From positions 2,837 through 66,836 of IMG/VR virus record IMGVR_UViG_3300021426_000092: a DNA stretch of 64,000 nt, one strand, 5' to 3'. Source of the DNA: a virus. Taxonomy: Duplodnaviria; Caudoviricetes. Shown one piece after another: positions 9,828 to 20,926 of the stretch. Both the position numbers and the translations under genes were made by a program. The notes beneath the pieces were generated by a model that ran no database searches, was not told the DNA's origin, and worked only from the letters and a program-made list of their open reading frames with translations. Each line of letters starts with the position of its first letter. The first letter of the stretch is position 1.

Positions 9828-11197
9828 TCTATATGGAAATGGATGAAGAACTGATACACGACATTCTGATTCACACCATGTTTCCTCGCTATCATATCTA
9901 TCGCTTTAGCGTCAGCCAAAGCGAGTTCCCTTATATAGTGCTCAACTAATATCTTTTGTTTTTTGTTCATCAATTTCATCTCTTTTCTTTGGTTTCAGCT
10001 CACAGCAGTCATCCTTCCTCTTGCATGTGTCACAAGGCGGGATGGAATCCGGCAAAGCCTGCTCATAGTACGCCTTTGTTAAGCAAATCATTCAGTCGCA
10101 TCCTCATCGCCCAGGGCAGTTCTGAATATTTCTTCAGCTGTAACCTTTCTTCCATTCACATATACTCCGCCTTCTCCCTCTGTCACAGTCGCCCCGACCT
10201 CTTCACACAAGCGCAGGAATAAGTCCAGGTCAAATTCACGATCGGTCATTTAACCGCCCTCTCTTTTGATAAACGTATTGAGATCGCGAACGATGTCAAA
10301 GAGCATATCCCTGACTTCCACGATCTCACCATTCTCGTACATAAGTGCTGCTGTCTGGAGTGCTCCCACAATCAGAGCATCTTTCAGCTCGCCGTTCTGC
10401 TTGATGTATTTCATATCTTTCTACCTTTCTGGCACAATTGTTCTGACAGACTCTAAGACTCTTGCAACCTCATTGCTTGTTGCCCTCACGCTGCCGGTCA
10501 GTTTCGCTTCCTCAAGGATTGCGTCATCAAAAGCCCATTTCAGTTCTCTATCTGAAATGAGTCTTCCGCCAAACGGTGGAACTTCTTCAAGCTCATATCT
10601 GCTCCACTTGTCTCCATTCCGTACGAAAAGAACTACGCCATCGTCCGATGAATAGATCTCGGCTTTGTACACCATACAGCCTGCGCCTATCTTCGGTATG
10701 TCCAAGCCTTCAATATAGGCGTTCATGGTCAGTCATCCTCCAGTGCTTCCAGGATTCTATATAGAAATGCCATCCCAAGAATGATCCAATACAGCGGAGG
10801 CATTGAAAGTTTGACTCCGATCCAAATCAGGCAAACAATCAAGTCGTCTTCTCCTCCTTTTTGATAATGTGATGCCCGGACTGTGTTCCGGTCCAATGGT
10901 AATTACCTGCCGTGTCATAGCCGGTTGCATAGACTTCTTCGCTTGCCGGGATGATGGCGGGAGCATTCTCTAACAGTGTTCTGATATTTTCATAGATTTC
11001 ATAGCTTACAACAGGAATTTTCTTGATAAGCTCGTCTAAATCACCCAACCGACCATGCGGCGGGACGGGGACGGCTATGCCAACCTCAAATGCTTTTTGC
11101 TCTGCGACGGGACATCTTCTTGCTTCGCCGTTATTGTAAATACGGATAACTTCTCCTGGCTTCGGCATTTCCATATTAGGCAGATAAACTCCCATGC

Positions 11198-11401
11198 TCA
11201 TTCCTCCTTCGGTGCTTTACTGTTCCACTCCTTGCAGGCTTGCTCAAGCGTGTCACACAGCCCCGAATTATGAATATGCCCATTTATTCGGCACTCTATG
11301 GCGAAACATCCAAGGCCGCTGAATTGATGCACAATCGGCGTTTCTCCGCAACACACCCTAAGATGTAGCGGATGTGGGTCTATCAGTTTGTCGCTTTTCA
11401 T
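11198..11401 (-). CDS. Possible Lar-like restriction-alleviation Zn-binding protein
   Basis: CCGETP...C...EQACKEWN resembles the Lar family CPFCG...C...EAxxxWN pattern; similarity is weak. Confidence 0.4.
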   Translation of the reverse strand: MKSDKLIDPHPLHLRVCCGETPIVHQFSGLGCFAIECRINGHIHNSGLCDTLEQACKEWNSKAPKEE

Positions 11402-13778
11402 TTTTCCTCCTCTGGCGGCTGTGGCAGCGGCCTTGTCATGATAGCTTGACCGTAGGTCATCATTTTAGTTTTTTGCAGATAGTAGCCGTCTTTACGCAGT
11501 TCCTCAATCTGTCGAACATAAGCGGTCAGTTCTTCAATGGCATCGGATGCTTGTTGGAGAAGCCCAGCTCGCAAAACGCAAGTGTCGGACAATTCACACG
11601 TTCCGCATCCACTGCGCTCTTCGGAGCAATACCGTAGCCGCTTGATTAAATTGTCATACATCGCTTGCCCTCCTGTCATGCCTATTCACGGCAAGTTCTA
11701 AGTCGATGTTGTGTAAATGGTCAGCTATTTCTGTAAGCCGATCACAAATGCCGCCAAGCGCTCTCGTCAAAACGATCGCAAGAAAATACACGGCTATCAT
11801 CGTTGCCATCAGCTTTCCTCCTGGATTCTTCGCATAATTTCTTCCAACGGTTCATCCGTCTCAAAATATCCTTCGCCGCAGACAGTGCAGATGCGCGTTT
11901 TCCCGTCTATGAAGATGACTGATTCAATATACTGCACATTGATGTACGTTGGATTTCCAAGACTAACGATACGAATAAACTTCGGCTTGCTATCCATCAG
12001 CTTTCCTCCATCTTCGCGCCGCAGGAGTGACAATAGTTCGTCTCCATGTCTTGTGGCATCAGGCATTCAGAGCAATACGGGATATTGTCTTCCGGGCTGT
12101 TGTACACCCATTTTCCGCGCATCGTCATTTCCGAATCGTAAGTTGTCAGCGATCTCAGATTCTCTTCGTAGGCTGTGATCGCTTTGTTCCACCAATGCGC
12201 TGCCAGGGCGAGTGTCGGATCATCTCTTTTTTCGTCGATTCGGTCAGGCCGAGCTTGCAAAGCATCGGCAAGGTCAATGTACTTCGGCATCTGGATCAAT
12301 CTCCCGCATGTCTGCACCGCAGTTGTAGCAAAAATGTGCAACTTTGGGATTCTTTTCTTCTGCGGAACACTCGGAACACATATACTGTCGCTTCCCTCTT
12401 CCTGTATACACAATCCACTTACCACGCCTGGCAGGCCGAGGGTATGCCTTGCTTACTTCTCGTACTGCTTGCATGATTGATAATACATCCGGGTCATTCT
12501 CTCGACCTATCTGGTGGATTCTTTCGTTGATCGCGAGAATTGCATCGCCACGGTAGATCAGGTCTTGGTAACTCAGCATTCTTTCTGCTCCTTTTGCGGC
12601 TTCTCTTTGCACTTCGGGCAGTACCATCCTTTTTTCCCGACCTTCCAGCCTTCCGCTCTTGCAAGCCTCACAGCTCTTCCGTACGAAATGGTATAGTTTG
12701 TCCATGAGTGCCCGGCCCCGCACTTGTCGCATAAATAGTAAACTCTATAGGCCATCACCATCCGCTCCTTTATCGCCCATAAGCGATCCTCTCGACAATT
12801 TCAACCATTGAGGGAGCTTCGGCCAAGGCCGTAACTCCCTTCAGTTTCCCGTATGCTCGATTCAGATTCTGGGCGATCGCGTTGGCAACGGTGCCGTTGG
12901 AGCAGGAACTGACGATGTACTCCTTTTCGTTCACTTCATCCCAAAACACGATCAGCTGGGCATCGCTTTGAAAATACGCCACTCGGAACTGAGACCCGAT
13001 TTTCATCCTGCTTTCTCCTCCAATTCATCAATATCTGCTCTGTTGATAACACTACCGCGGAAGCACTTACCGTCGTATGTCCAACTGCCATATTCATGGG
13101 AATAGTGGAACGTCAAATACAAAGGAAGCTTAAATCCGAATGTATCGTCCACAGCATGTCCGCACGGGATTCCGCACTGCACGTAATCGTTCTGATGCGA
13201 GGCGGGTTCGGCGATATTCAGAAAATCCTGTACCGTTTCTCGATCGACAAGGCAACCAACCGCAGCGCTCTTTTTGAAGCCGATCATCCAGCTGTCGAGC
13301 TCTTCGTTCATTCGTGTTCCTCCTCGTTCGGCTCATCAAATGATAATCCGCGCATATTCGCGTACCAGACAAGGGTATCGAACATGTCGCGTTCCAGAAG
13401 CTCTCTCCAGTTGTCGGCGGCCCAGTCAACGTCCACCTTGCAGTTGTCGCTCAGGAAATGATCGAGAAGATATCCGTCTTCCCACCACTCTTCTCCATCA
13501 AAAGCACAGCAGAAGTAATCGATGCACGGGGAATCATCGCCTTCCTTGTCGGCATCCTCTTGTTCGGGAGTCGAGATGTTGATTTCGATGTCGATGTTGC
13601 CGATTTCAAGGACCGCCTCCCCGATCAGTACGCCGTAATCTGTTACCCTGTCCATGTGTCCCGCAATGATCTCATCTCTGATGTCCTCACGCATGCAGAA
13701 GAATCGGTAATCTTCTCTGCACTTTGCACTTTGAAAATCCAGTTCCTGAATGTTCATTTGTCTTCTCCTTTCTATGAT

Positions 13779-13869
13779 TGGCGGCCGGAGTGGGATTCGA
13801 ACCCACGCACACCTCTCAGTGCCTATCGGTTTTCAGGACCGACCCCTTCATCCGCTTGGGTATCCGGCC
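13779..13869 (-). tRNA. tRNA-Ser(TGA)
   Basis: GGCCGGA/TCCGGCC acceptor stem, G discriminator, encoded CCA, anticodon arm TCGGT-CCTGAAA-ACCGA, long variable arm, GGTTCGAATCC T arm. Confidence 0.95.
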
Positions 13870-13872
13870 AAA

Positions 13873-13948
13873 TGGTCTGAGTGGGGAGGCTCGAACTCCC
13901 GGCCTCTTGCTCCCAAGGCAAGCGCTCTCCCGTCTGAGCTACACCCAG
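13873..13948 (-). tRNA. tRNA-Pro(TGG)
   Basis: CTGGGTG/CACTCAG acceptor stem, ACCA end, anticodon arm CTTGC-CTTGGGA-GCAAG. Confidence 0.95.
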
Positions 13949-13961
13949 ATACTTCATTTAT

Positions 13962-14033
13962 TGGTCGGTCATGGAGGCGGGGCTGCGCTTAACCCCAACA
14001 CACCGTCGTGTGCTTCACGCACCTCCATGACCA
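13962..14033 (-). ncRNA. 72-nt CCA-ended non-canonical structured RNA between tRNA-Leu and tRNA-Pro
   Basis: 12-bp closing helix TGGTCATGGAGG/CCTCCATGACCG plus ACCA tail; internal hairpins GCACAC-GACG-GTGTGT and GGGGTT-AAGCGC-AGCCCC. Confidence 0.6.
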
Positions 14034-14034
14034 G

Positions 14035-14119
14035 TGGTGCCCCCGGAGGGAGTTGAACCCTCAATCCTTACGGCAGCGGAACTTAAATCCGATGTGTATT
14101 CCAATTCCACCACGAGGGC
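14035..14119 (-). tRNA. tRNA-Leu(TAA)
   Basis: GCCCTCG/CGGGGGC acceptor stem, ACCA end, anticodon loop TTTAAGT, long variable arm. Confidence 0.93.
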
Positions 14120-14204
14120 TGGTGCTTCCGGCGAGATTTGAACTCGCATGCTTTTCAGCGACGGTACTTGAGGCCGTTGCGTCTACCAATTCCGCCACGG
14201 AAGC
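14120..14204 (-). tRNA. tRNA-Leu(CAA)
   Basis: GCTTCCG/CGGAAGC acceptor stem, ACCA end, D arm GGCGGAATTGGTAGACGC, anticodon loop CTCAAGT. Confidence 0.93.
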
Positions 14205-14205
14205 G

Positions 14206-14305
14206 TGGTCGAGGATGCTTTTCTTTAACCCGCTCCCCGCAGCAGGCTGTACTCAGGGTCAAGCTCCCCACCGAAAGAAGGATGAAAAACGAGCTTCCGG
14301 CCTCG
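14206..14305 (-). ncRNA. 100-nt ACCA-ended putative structured RNA within the tRNA cluster
   Basis: CGAGG/CCTCG closing stem plus ACCA; internal AAGCTC/GAGCTT and GACCC/GGGTT stems. Confidence 0.4.
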
Positions 14306-14368
14306 TGGTTTATCGCGTTGCGCACCGCCACATAAACCAAGTGTTTCCCCTATGACTACTCATAGGGC

Positions 14369-14444
14369 TGGTGGTCCGCCGGGGTCTCGAACCCCGAACC
14401 TTCCGGTTATGAGCCGGCGGCTCTACCAATTGAGCTAACGGACC
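14369..14444 (-). tRNA. tRNA(CAT), most likely Ile2 (lysidine type) rather than Met
   Basis: GGTCCGT/GCGGACC acceptor stem, ACCA end, anticodon arm CCGG-CTCATAA-CCGG. G1-C72 and CTCATAACCG resemble Firmicute Ile2 tRNAs. Confidence 0.85.
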
Positions 14445-16170
14445 AAGTGTCTTCATCGGTTCTTATAGAATCCCGGCAACGGGCCTGTAACTTCGATGAT
14501 GCAGAACTCCGTGTAATCTCCGTCTGCCCACTGGATTCTGGCGTAATCGTCCTCGAAATAGCAGCCATCTTCGTTCATCTCGCTCCCGTTGGCGATCTCT
14601 TCGTTGTAATAGTCCTCCCAGATCCAGCGGAGATATTCCTTGGCGGTTTCGAAACAGTAGAACGAACATGCGCTTTTCTCAGGATCGAAGCTGTGCGTTT
14701 TCACCACTACAAACATTTGATAATCCTCCATATTTGCGGCTCCTGCAATTCTGTCTGCTCTACTCGTGAGGTGATTAGAACCGAGCATAGTTTTTCGGTA
14801 GTACCAGTACCTAACAGAATCTACCCAACCGCTTCACCAAGCAGGATTTGATGGGCACTTTATTTATGGGACGCAGGTTCTAAACTGCGTTTCCCTGTCC
14901 GACCAGACCCCCAGAACTGGCCGGCCCTTGCAAGGGATGGTGTATCCGAGCGTACCGTATCCTTATCAAGCCCTGTTCAGCGTCTTCGCCTTTGGGAGGA
15001 CTACGGTATCCTTTTTATGCTTATAATCGGTCTGTTTCTCTTCGTTTCCACGTCCTTCTTGCGGTTTACGGAGCGTTATGGTATGCCAGACTTCTAATAT
15101 TTCCCGCCGACTGTCGCGATCAGCCGGTGCTCCGACAGGTTTTTCTTGAATTCTTGTTGATTGGTACAGCCCCCGCCGCTGCTTTATGTACCTCCCGCGG
15201 CCAACGCCGCAAACCTTTCAGGCAGGACAGCGCCATGTGAGGAGACGACTATGCAGGACGTACGCACATGAGCTTTCTATACGGCTGCCCTTTTACCTGA
15301 ATATCAGAACGGAAGTGTGTCGAATGGAGCAATACGATGTACCAGATCGTACGTCTTCGGGTGCGTTGCCCATAACCACGCGAAGAACTTCCATCTCGCC
15401 GTCTCAACCTTTTGGGAGACAATGCGCGGCATCCACTTCGGTCGTTTCATATTTCAATGTGCTCCTCAATCTCATCGTATGTCACATCCGGATGGTGACG
15501 GAAAAAGTTGCCGAGCGCTTCGTCCATGCTCACGGCATCAATGAAGCAGTATCGCCTCTGGCCGTCGTGTTTGAAAATAACTTCGTATCTCCCTCCGTGG
15601 CAGATATCAAATCCCGCTTCAGTGTCAAGGTCTCGATACAGAGCTTCATCGTTTCTCCAGTATTCATTCTCCCACCGGTCAACTGACTTAGTGCGCAGCA
15701 TCGTATACCTCCTTCGGTACGTGGTAGATCCAGGCTCCGCTGCGGACAAGGAGCGCATCCATCCCATAGTAGAGCTTCTTCATCCCGTAGATGCTGCCGG
15801 TTGCACTGAAATTCGGGTACTGGCTCAGGTTGTACCGAGCTTTCTGCTCTTTTGTCATATACTTCACCCGCGGCATCCTCTCACCTCGAATCGGTAGAAG
15901 TTCTCGTCGCAGTTCATGCAGACGAAATCATAATCAACGAGGTCGCTTTTCAGCAGAGGCCATCCGCAGCGAGGGCATTTCGCAGGCTCAACGTCCTTGA
16001 ATTCAAGCCACTCGATATCTTCATCGGTGCAGCGGTGCTTTTTCAGAAACTTGATCGCCTGTTCTTTGTCATCGAAGATTTTCGGCGTTTCCCCGTCGAG
16101 CAGGTATTCGAGCGGATTGATCGTGATGCCTTCGTACGGTCGGCCGACGATTACGCTCATTTTTTCCTCC

Positions 16171-17094
16171 TTACTTGTTCACCGCAGCCATGGCCCTGTC
16201 AAGCAGGTCGTGGCCGCCGATGATGTTGCCCCAGCGGTTTTCTCTCCAGTTCTTGGTCTTCCTGGCCGGGTCGGAATGCCCGATGTAATCAGACACGGCG
16301 TTGACAAAGCCCCACTTCGTATTCAGGAACTTCGCCACATCCGGCCGCAGAGTGCAAATGATAATCTGGTCCTTTGCTTCCTGAACCGTCTTCTTCTGGC
16401 GATCAGTCGCGTCATCGTCCAGCGGGAACATCAGGTTCAGCGCCTCGTGCATCTCGCCCTCAGTCATCTTCTGGTTCGCCAGCTTGTCTGCCTCCTCATC
16501 GAGGCGTTTCAGATACAGGTCAGCCAGCTCCAGCGTCTGCCGCGCTTCATCGAGTTTCATCGTGATGTCGCCGCGGTGGATCATCGACCAGGATCGCTTC
16601 GCGGTCCGGAGTGCCATGTTCAGCGTGTTCTGGCAGACCACCCTCACCGGGGTCATGCAGCACCGGACAGCGCCTGTTCCGTCGTGGGTATTGGTGAAGC
16701 AGATGTACGGCTCGAACTCATCGTCGAGGATGTACCGCTCCGGCATCTTTCCGAGCAGCCAGATCGTTTTCCCACCGCGCAGGGAGCCGGCGGTTTCGTA
16801 TTTGAGTCCTTCACCAATCAGGCTGTCGGTGAAGTCGAATGCCTCATAGTTCTGCACCACCTTGTACTTGTCGCTTACGATGCCGAGTACCTTGCCGTCG
16901 GTCGATCTGGTGTTCGCCTTGAATCCGTGGATCTCATTGAAATGCCCGTCATACACCGGCTTCCCGTCGATTGTCCAGTCAAGACCGGCCCGCTGGATCG
17001 CCTCCTGAGAGTTCGGCGCCTCCGAGACCATCGTTCCCAGACCGTGCCACGGTTTCTCCCTCACATAGATCATCTGTTCCACTTCTGCGCTCAT
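16171..17094 (-). CDS. DUF932/DUF945 (TIGR03299-like) phage/plasmid protein
   Basis: REKPWHGLG...AGLDW...YKVVQN...ETAGSLRGGK...NTHDGTG...PVRVVCQNTL motifs. Confidence 0.9.
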   Translation of the reverse strand: MSAEVEQMIYVREKPWHGLGTMVSEAPNSQEAIQRAGLDWTIDGKPVYDGHFNEIHGFKANTRSTDGKVLGIVSDKYKVVQNYEAFDFTDSLIGEGLKYETAGSLRGGKTIWLLGKMPERYILDDEFEPYICFTNTHDGTGAVRCCMTPVRVVCQNTLNMALRTAKRSWSMIHRGDITMKLDEARQTLELADLYLKRLDEEADKLANQKMTEGEMHEALNLMFPLDDDATDRQKKTVQEAKDQIIICTLRPDVAKFLNTKWGFVNAVSDYIGHSDPARKTKNWRENRWGNIIGGHDLLDRAMAAVNK

Positions 17095-18761
17095 GTTTCT
17101 TTCTCCTTTCAGTGTTCGTTACTTATCTTCAATTGGTGTTCTTCCAATCGTAAGCTGGGTAAAAGTGATAATGTCCGGAGATCATTTCTCCGTGTTCGAT
17201 ATCCGGCTCCGCTGTATCCCAATATGCGAGAACCCAGATCTCAAGCCGGTCTTTCTCGTCGATCCCACAGTCTGACCAGTCATCCATGCCCATACCGTAG
17301 ATGAAGCAGTCGCATGCGTTCTCATAGGCGTTCTGTCTCGTGGAGTCCGGATATCTGTTCTTATACATTTCCTGTGCTCCTTTCAGTAGCAGGCATCACC
17401 GTGAGGTCCTACGGTCATCACGGTCTTCCGGATTCCGTCCTTGTCCTCCCAGATCTCCTCTTCGGAGTTGTCTGCCCAGTAGATCTTATCTACCATCTTC
17501 CACTCTCTGGCATTCTCTCTCGCCTTGTGCTCGGCGATCGCTTTCGCCTGGAGTTCTTTCAGCCGTGCAAATTCTTTCTTTGTCAGGCTGTGGTACGGCT
17601 CGGACAATGCGTAATCGCTCAGGTAAAAACCGATAAACGACTGATGCCAGCCAGCATTGTACCAGTTATGCGTCACCTTCTCCGCGAAAGCCATCAGCTG
17701 CTCATCATCCGTGATCGGGCCGAATTTCCTGCGCTTATACACATATTCGTCAGCACTGTAAACAGGCTGCCCATTCACATAGCCATACACGTTCGGATCG
17801 TAATTCATCATCTTCTCCTCCTTTCAGACTTTCCAGATCCCGCCGTATTTGTCGATGATATTGATGTCATATCTGACATCGCGTGGTTCGTAATACTTAC
17901 CAAGCGCCTCCTGGAGCGCCTTTTCCTCAACTTCGATCAGATACTCATTGTCTTGAGAATCCTCCCGCTCGATCTTGCTGAGTTCCCCGTAAACGCTTTC
18001 GAAGCGGTCGTGGAACCTTTTCTGGCGTTCAGGGCCAAACCCGAATTCCTCTTTCAGTGCAATCGCCACCCGGTCGAGCATCCTTTGCTCTGTCAATGCC
18101 ACGACCTTCAAGAGGCCGACCGCATCCTTGTTCTGCTTCGCCGCCGCGTAATCCAACGCCTGACGCGAATTCTTCTTTACGCCTGACTTCTTTCCCATTC
18201 TTACTCCTCTGCCGGTACGAGCTTGACTGTCTTCCCCGCAATCAGGTCTTCGATGTCTTTATTGCTCAACCAATACTTTCTGCCGCTGAACGTGGAGTGA
18301 AAACCGATCACCCACCCGCTATTTCCATAGCAGGACATTGACCTGGGCGTTCGGTAACAATCAAACTTCCACAGCTTGTCAGTTGCTATGCAAACTGCCT
18401 TATATTCGTCTCCCTGAGCGATCTTGATTTCTTCAGGTGAGAATCTGATGTTCAGATTTCCGTTGGCGAATCTAACGCCGTCGTATCGGAAGTTTCTCAT
18501 GTTTCCTCCTATCAGAAGCCGCTGCTGATCGAATAGATCTCGTAGCAGCCGTTCTTGTACTCGTTCTCGACGTAGCGAACATACTCTTCTTCATCGGTGA
18601 ACGGGATCGGGCCGCCTTTCGGTACGTAGGTTCCCCAGCGATCCCACTTCGGTGAGAATCCATAGATCGCTCGAACTACGCCGTTCTTACCTACCATCTT
18701 CCCAGCCAGCTTGCTGGATTCTATGAGGTTTCCCAAAGTCCCTTCCATGTCTTCTCCTCCT

Positions 18762-18777
18762 ATTACCAATCGGTAAT
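18762..18777. promoter_or_regulatory. Palindromic operator ATTACC-N4-GGTAAT
   Basis: ATTACCAATCGGTAAT, between a TTGCTT-N17-TATAGT promoter and the RBS of the next minus-strand gene. Confidence 0.8.
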
Positions 18778-19456
18778 GTCGGTTCAAAAAAGAAACGCCC
18801 GTTTATGGGATCTCCTTATCTTTACTATACAATAAGGCAAGCCAAAAAGCAAATGGAAAAACTGATTTTTCAGAATATTTTTTTCTTTCCTCCCCGTATG
18901 CCGTTACCAGTCAATCAAAGTTGCTGTAATACTGATCCCACGTTTCCTGTCGATCATGGACAGCTACAGCTCCATACATCCCGCCGATCAATTCGTCGAA
19001 GCGGCTGTCACTTGTTGCAGCGTAGTTTCCGCCGAACATCCATCCCGCCCCTTCCGGCTCAACCACCGGCTCCAGATGATAGATCTCCCGGCCAGCAAAG
19101 AAGCGTTTGACCACGCGCATCAGGTTCTCGGGAGGATTCTTTTCGTCTACTTCGATGTATCCGTCCGGGTGCTCAACGAGGACGGTATCGTGAGTGGAAG
19201 TGACTCCGCCGTTAGTGCAGTCGCTGAGTCTTCTGGTGCGATATACTTCCAAAGCAAGTGCTTTCATTTTCGTTTCTCCTTTCAGTTAAGCAGATAATCG
19301 AATTTCATCGGGTTCCAAGAAACATCAAGTGCATGTTTCCCTGTGATCTTATCTTATAATACCTATCTAAAAAGTCAATGATTTTTGCTATTTTTATTCA
19401 TTCCGGCTTCTTTTGCGTTAAAATTGTTCAAGGCCGGGATTTCTCCCGGCCTTGCC

Positions 19457-19966
19457 TCACATGATCCACGCGAGTATCTTCTTGTCCTTCGTTTGCGCTA
19501 TGTACTCCGCCATATTGGTAAACGCCTCATCGCGGAGTCGGAACGCTCTTCTCATATACGTATCCTCTTTATCGAGGAAATCCGCCTTTCCACCAAACAT
19601 GATATCTACGACTTCCCCCCAGCTACCGGCGTCGAGATATCGAATGCGTATCACAGCACGTTGGCTTGGCTGACGGATACCGTGAGATACGATCGACTCG
19701 ACGATATCTCTCTCATTTGAATGTCTCTTGAGCAAATCGCTTATGCTCTGTTCCAGCTGATCCTTCTTCACGATGTAGTCAGTAAACCGATCAGCCTCCA
19801 TGCTCGGCTTCCTTGGCATATCCGTGATGACCTGTGCTCCTACCTCCAGCATCTTCGCATTCAGTCGTTCAAGGCGTTCCTGCTGATAATTCAGTTCTTC
19901 CTCGTCGAGCCGGTAATTCTCAAGCCGCCATTTCACTTCTTCTATCAATTCGCTTTGCTCTGGCAA
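19457..19966 (-). CDS. ArpU/RinA-like (DUF1492-type) phage late transcriptional activator
   Basis: Coiled-coil N-terminus plus C-terminal RAVIRIRYL...SWGEV...RRAFRL sigma-region-4-like HTH; located at the end of the replication module. Confidence 0.7.
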   Translation of the reverse strand: MPEQSELIEEVKWRLENYRLDEEELNYQQERLERLNAKMLEVGAQVITDMPRKPSMEADRFTDYIVKKDQLEQSISDLLKRHSNERDIVESIVSHGIRQPSQRAVIRIRYLDAGSWGEVVDIMFGGKADFLDKEDTYMRRAFRLRDEAFTNMAEYIAQTKDKKILAWIM

Positions 19967-20239
19967 GTATCAAGTCACCATCCTTCCGACTCCAAATTGG
20001 TCGCCTATTGGATTGGGCGTTCACCTATTGGATTATGTGTGGCGCCAGCCGAAAGGAAACGCTTGAAAGCTGGATTCCGCTTCAGCGTTTCCCTGTCGGC
20101 CGTTGGTCTTTACTTGTGACTCTCGTTTTACCGAGAAATCCGCGTATAGCCCCTGAGACGGTGGATAGTGACGAATTGATGTAATTTGTTTCAGGTTGAA
20201 AAAGCGTCCTGGAGGCTGTTTTGGCGCGTTTGGCGGTAC

Positions 20240-20926
20240 TTAGAACGGAAGCTCCCCGTCGTCGTTCGGCTGCTCAGTGAACTGGCTTTCCTCGCCGTTC
20301 TCAGCGCTGACTTCCTCTTTCCGCTTACCGTCGCCGAAGAAAATTCGCTCTGCTTCTACGATATCACGGTAGATCGTCTGACCGTCCTTCTCGTACTTAT
20401 CGTTCTTGATATATCCGCTGACTTCGATCCACGAGCCTTTCCCGAAGTATTTACAGACAAATTCTGCGTTATGCCTCCATGCGTTGCAGGTGAAGAAATC
20501 GGATTCTTCCTTGCTGCCCGGTCTCTTTACGGCAACACGGAATGAGGTAACTGGCGTACCTGTTGCGGTATGGCGTAATTCGGGATCGGCTGTAAGTCTC
20601 CCGCTGATAGCGAAAATGTTCATAGGATATTTCCTTTCGTCTTCGATTCTTGTCAGGTCCAGATAGTTCTTGTACCACACAGATCGGAATTCTTCCACGG
20701 ATGCATGGTGATCTATCATGTAGATCGTCTGGAAATGCGCCTTCAGCTTATCCGCAGTTTCCTGACACCCGTGGGCAGATTTCCGACCGAGGCGGTGGCA
20801 CGTATCTCCGCAAAGCGGGACCAAGTATCCGTATTCTCCGGATTTATCCCGCAGAGCCGCCGGGAAAACATGATGTTCCTCCATCATCCCCTGTTTGCCG
20901 CAGAGGAAACATGTCCCATAGCGCAT
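20240..20926 (-). CDS. ssb: In-frame fusion of an HNH-like Zn domain (N-terminal ~100 aa) with single-stranded DNA-binding protein (from Met at 20623)
   Basis: CFLCG...EEHHVF...LC...CH...H followed without a stop by MNIFAISGRLTADPELR...DFFTCNAW...C-terminal DDGELPF. Confidence 0.85.
   Translation of the reverse strand: MRYGTCFLCGKQGMMEEHHVFPAALRDKSGEYGYLVPLCGDTCHRLGRKSAHGCQETADKLKAHFQTIYMIDHHASVEEFRSVWYKNYLDLTRIEDERKYPMNIFAISGRLTADPELRHTATGTPVTSFRVAVKRPGSKEESDFFTCNAWRHNAEFVCKYFGKGSWIEVSGYIKNDKYEKDGQTIYRDIVEAERIFFGDGKRKEEVSAENGEESQFTEQPNDDGELPF

Noticed and set aside
11997-12732. C-terminal CxxC...CxxCG Zn-ribbon ORFs as a special system
   Set aside because: Such small Zn-ribbon genes are common filler in Clostridial phages, and nothing here distinguishes them.
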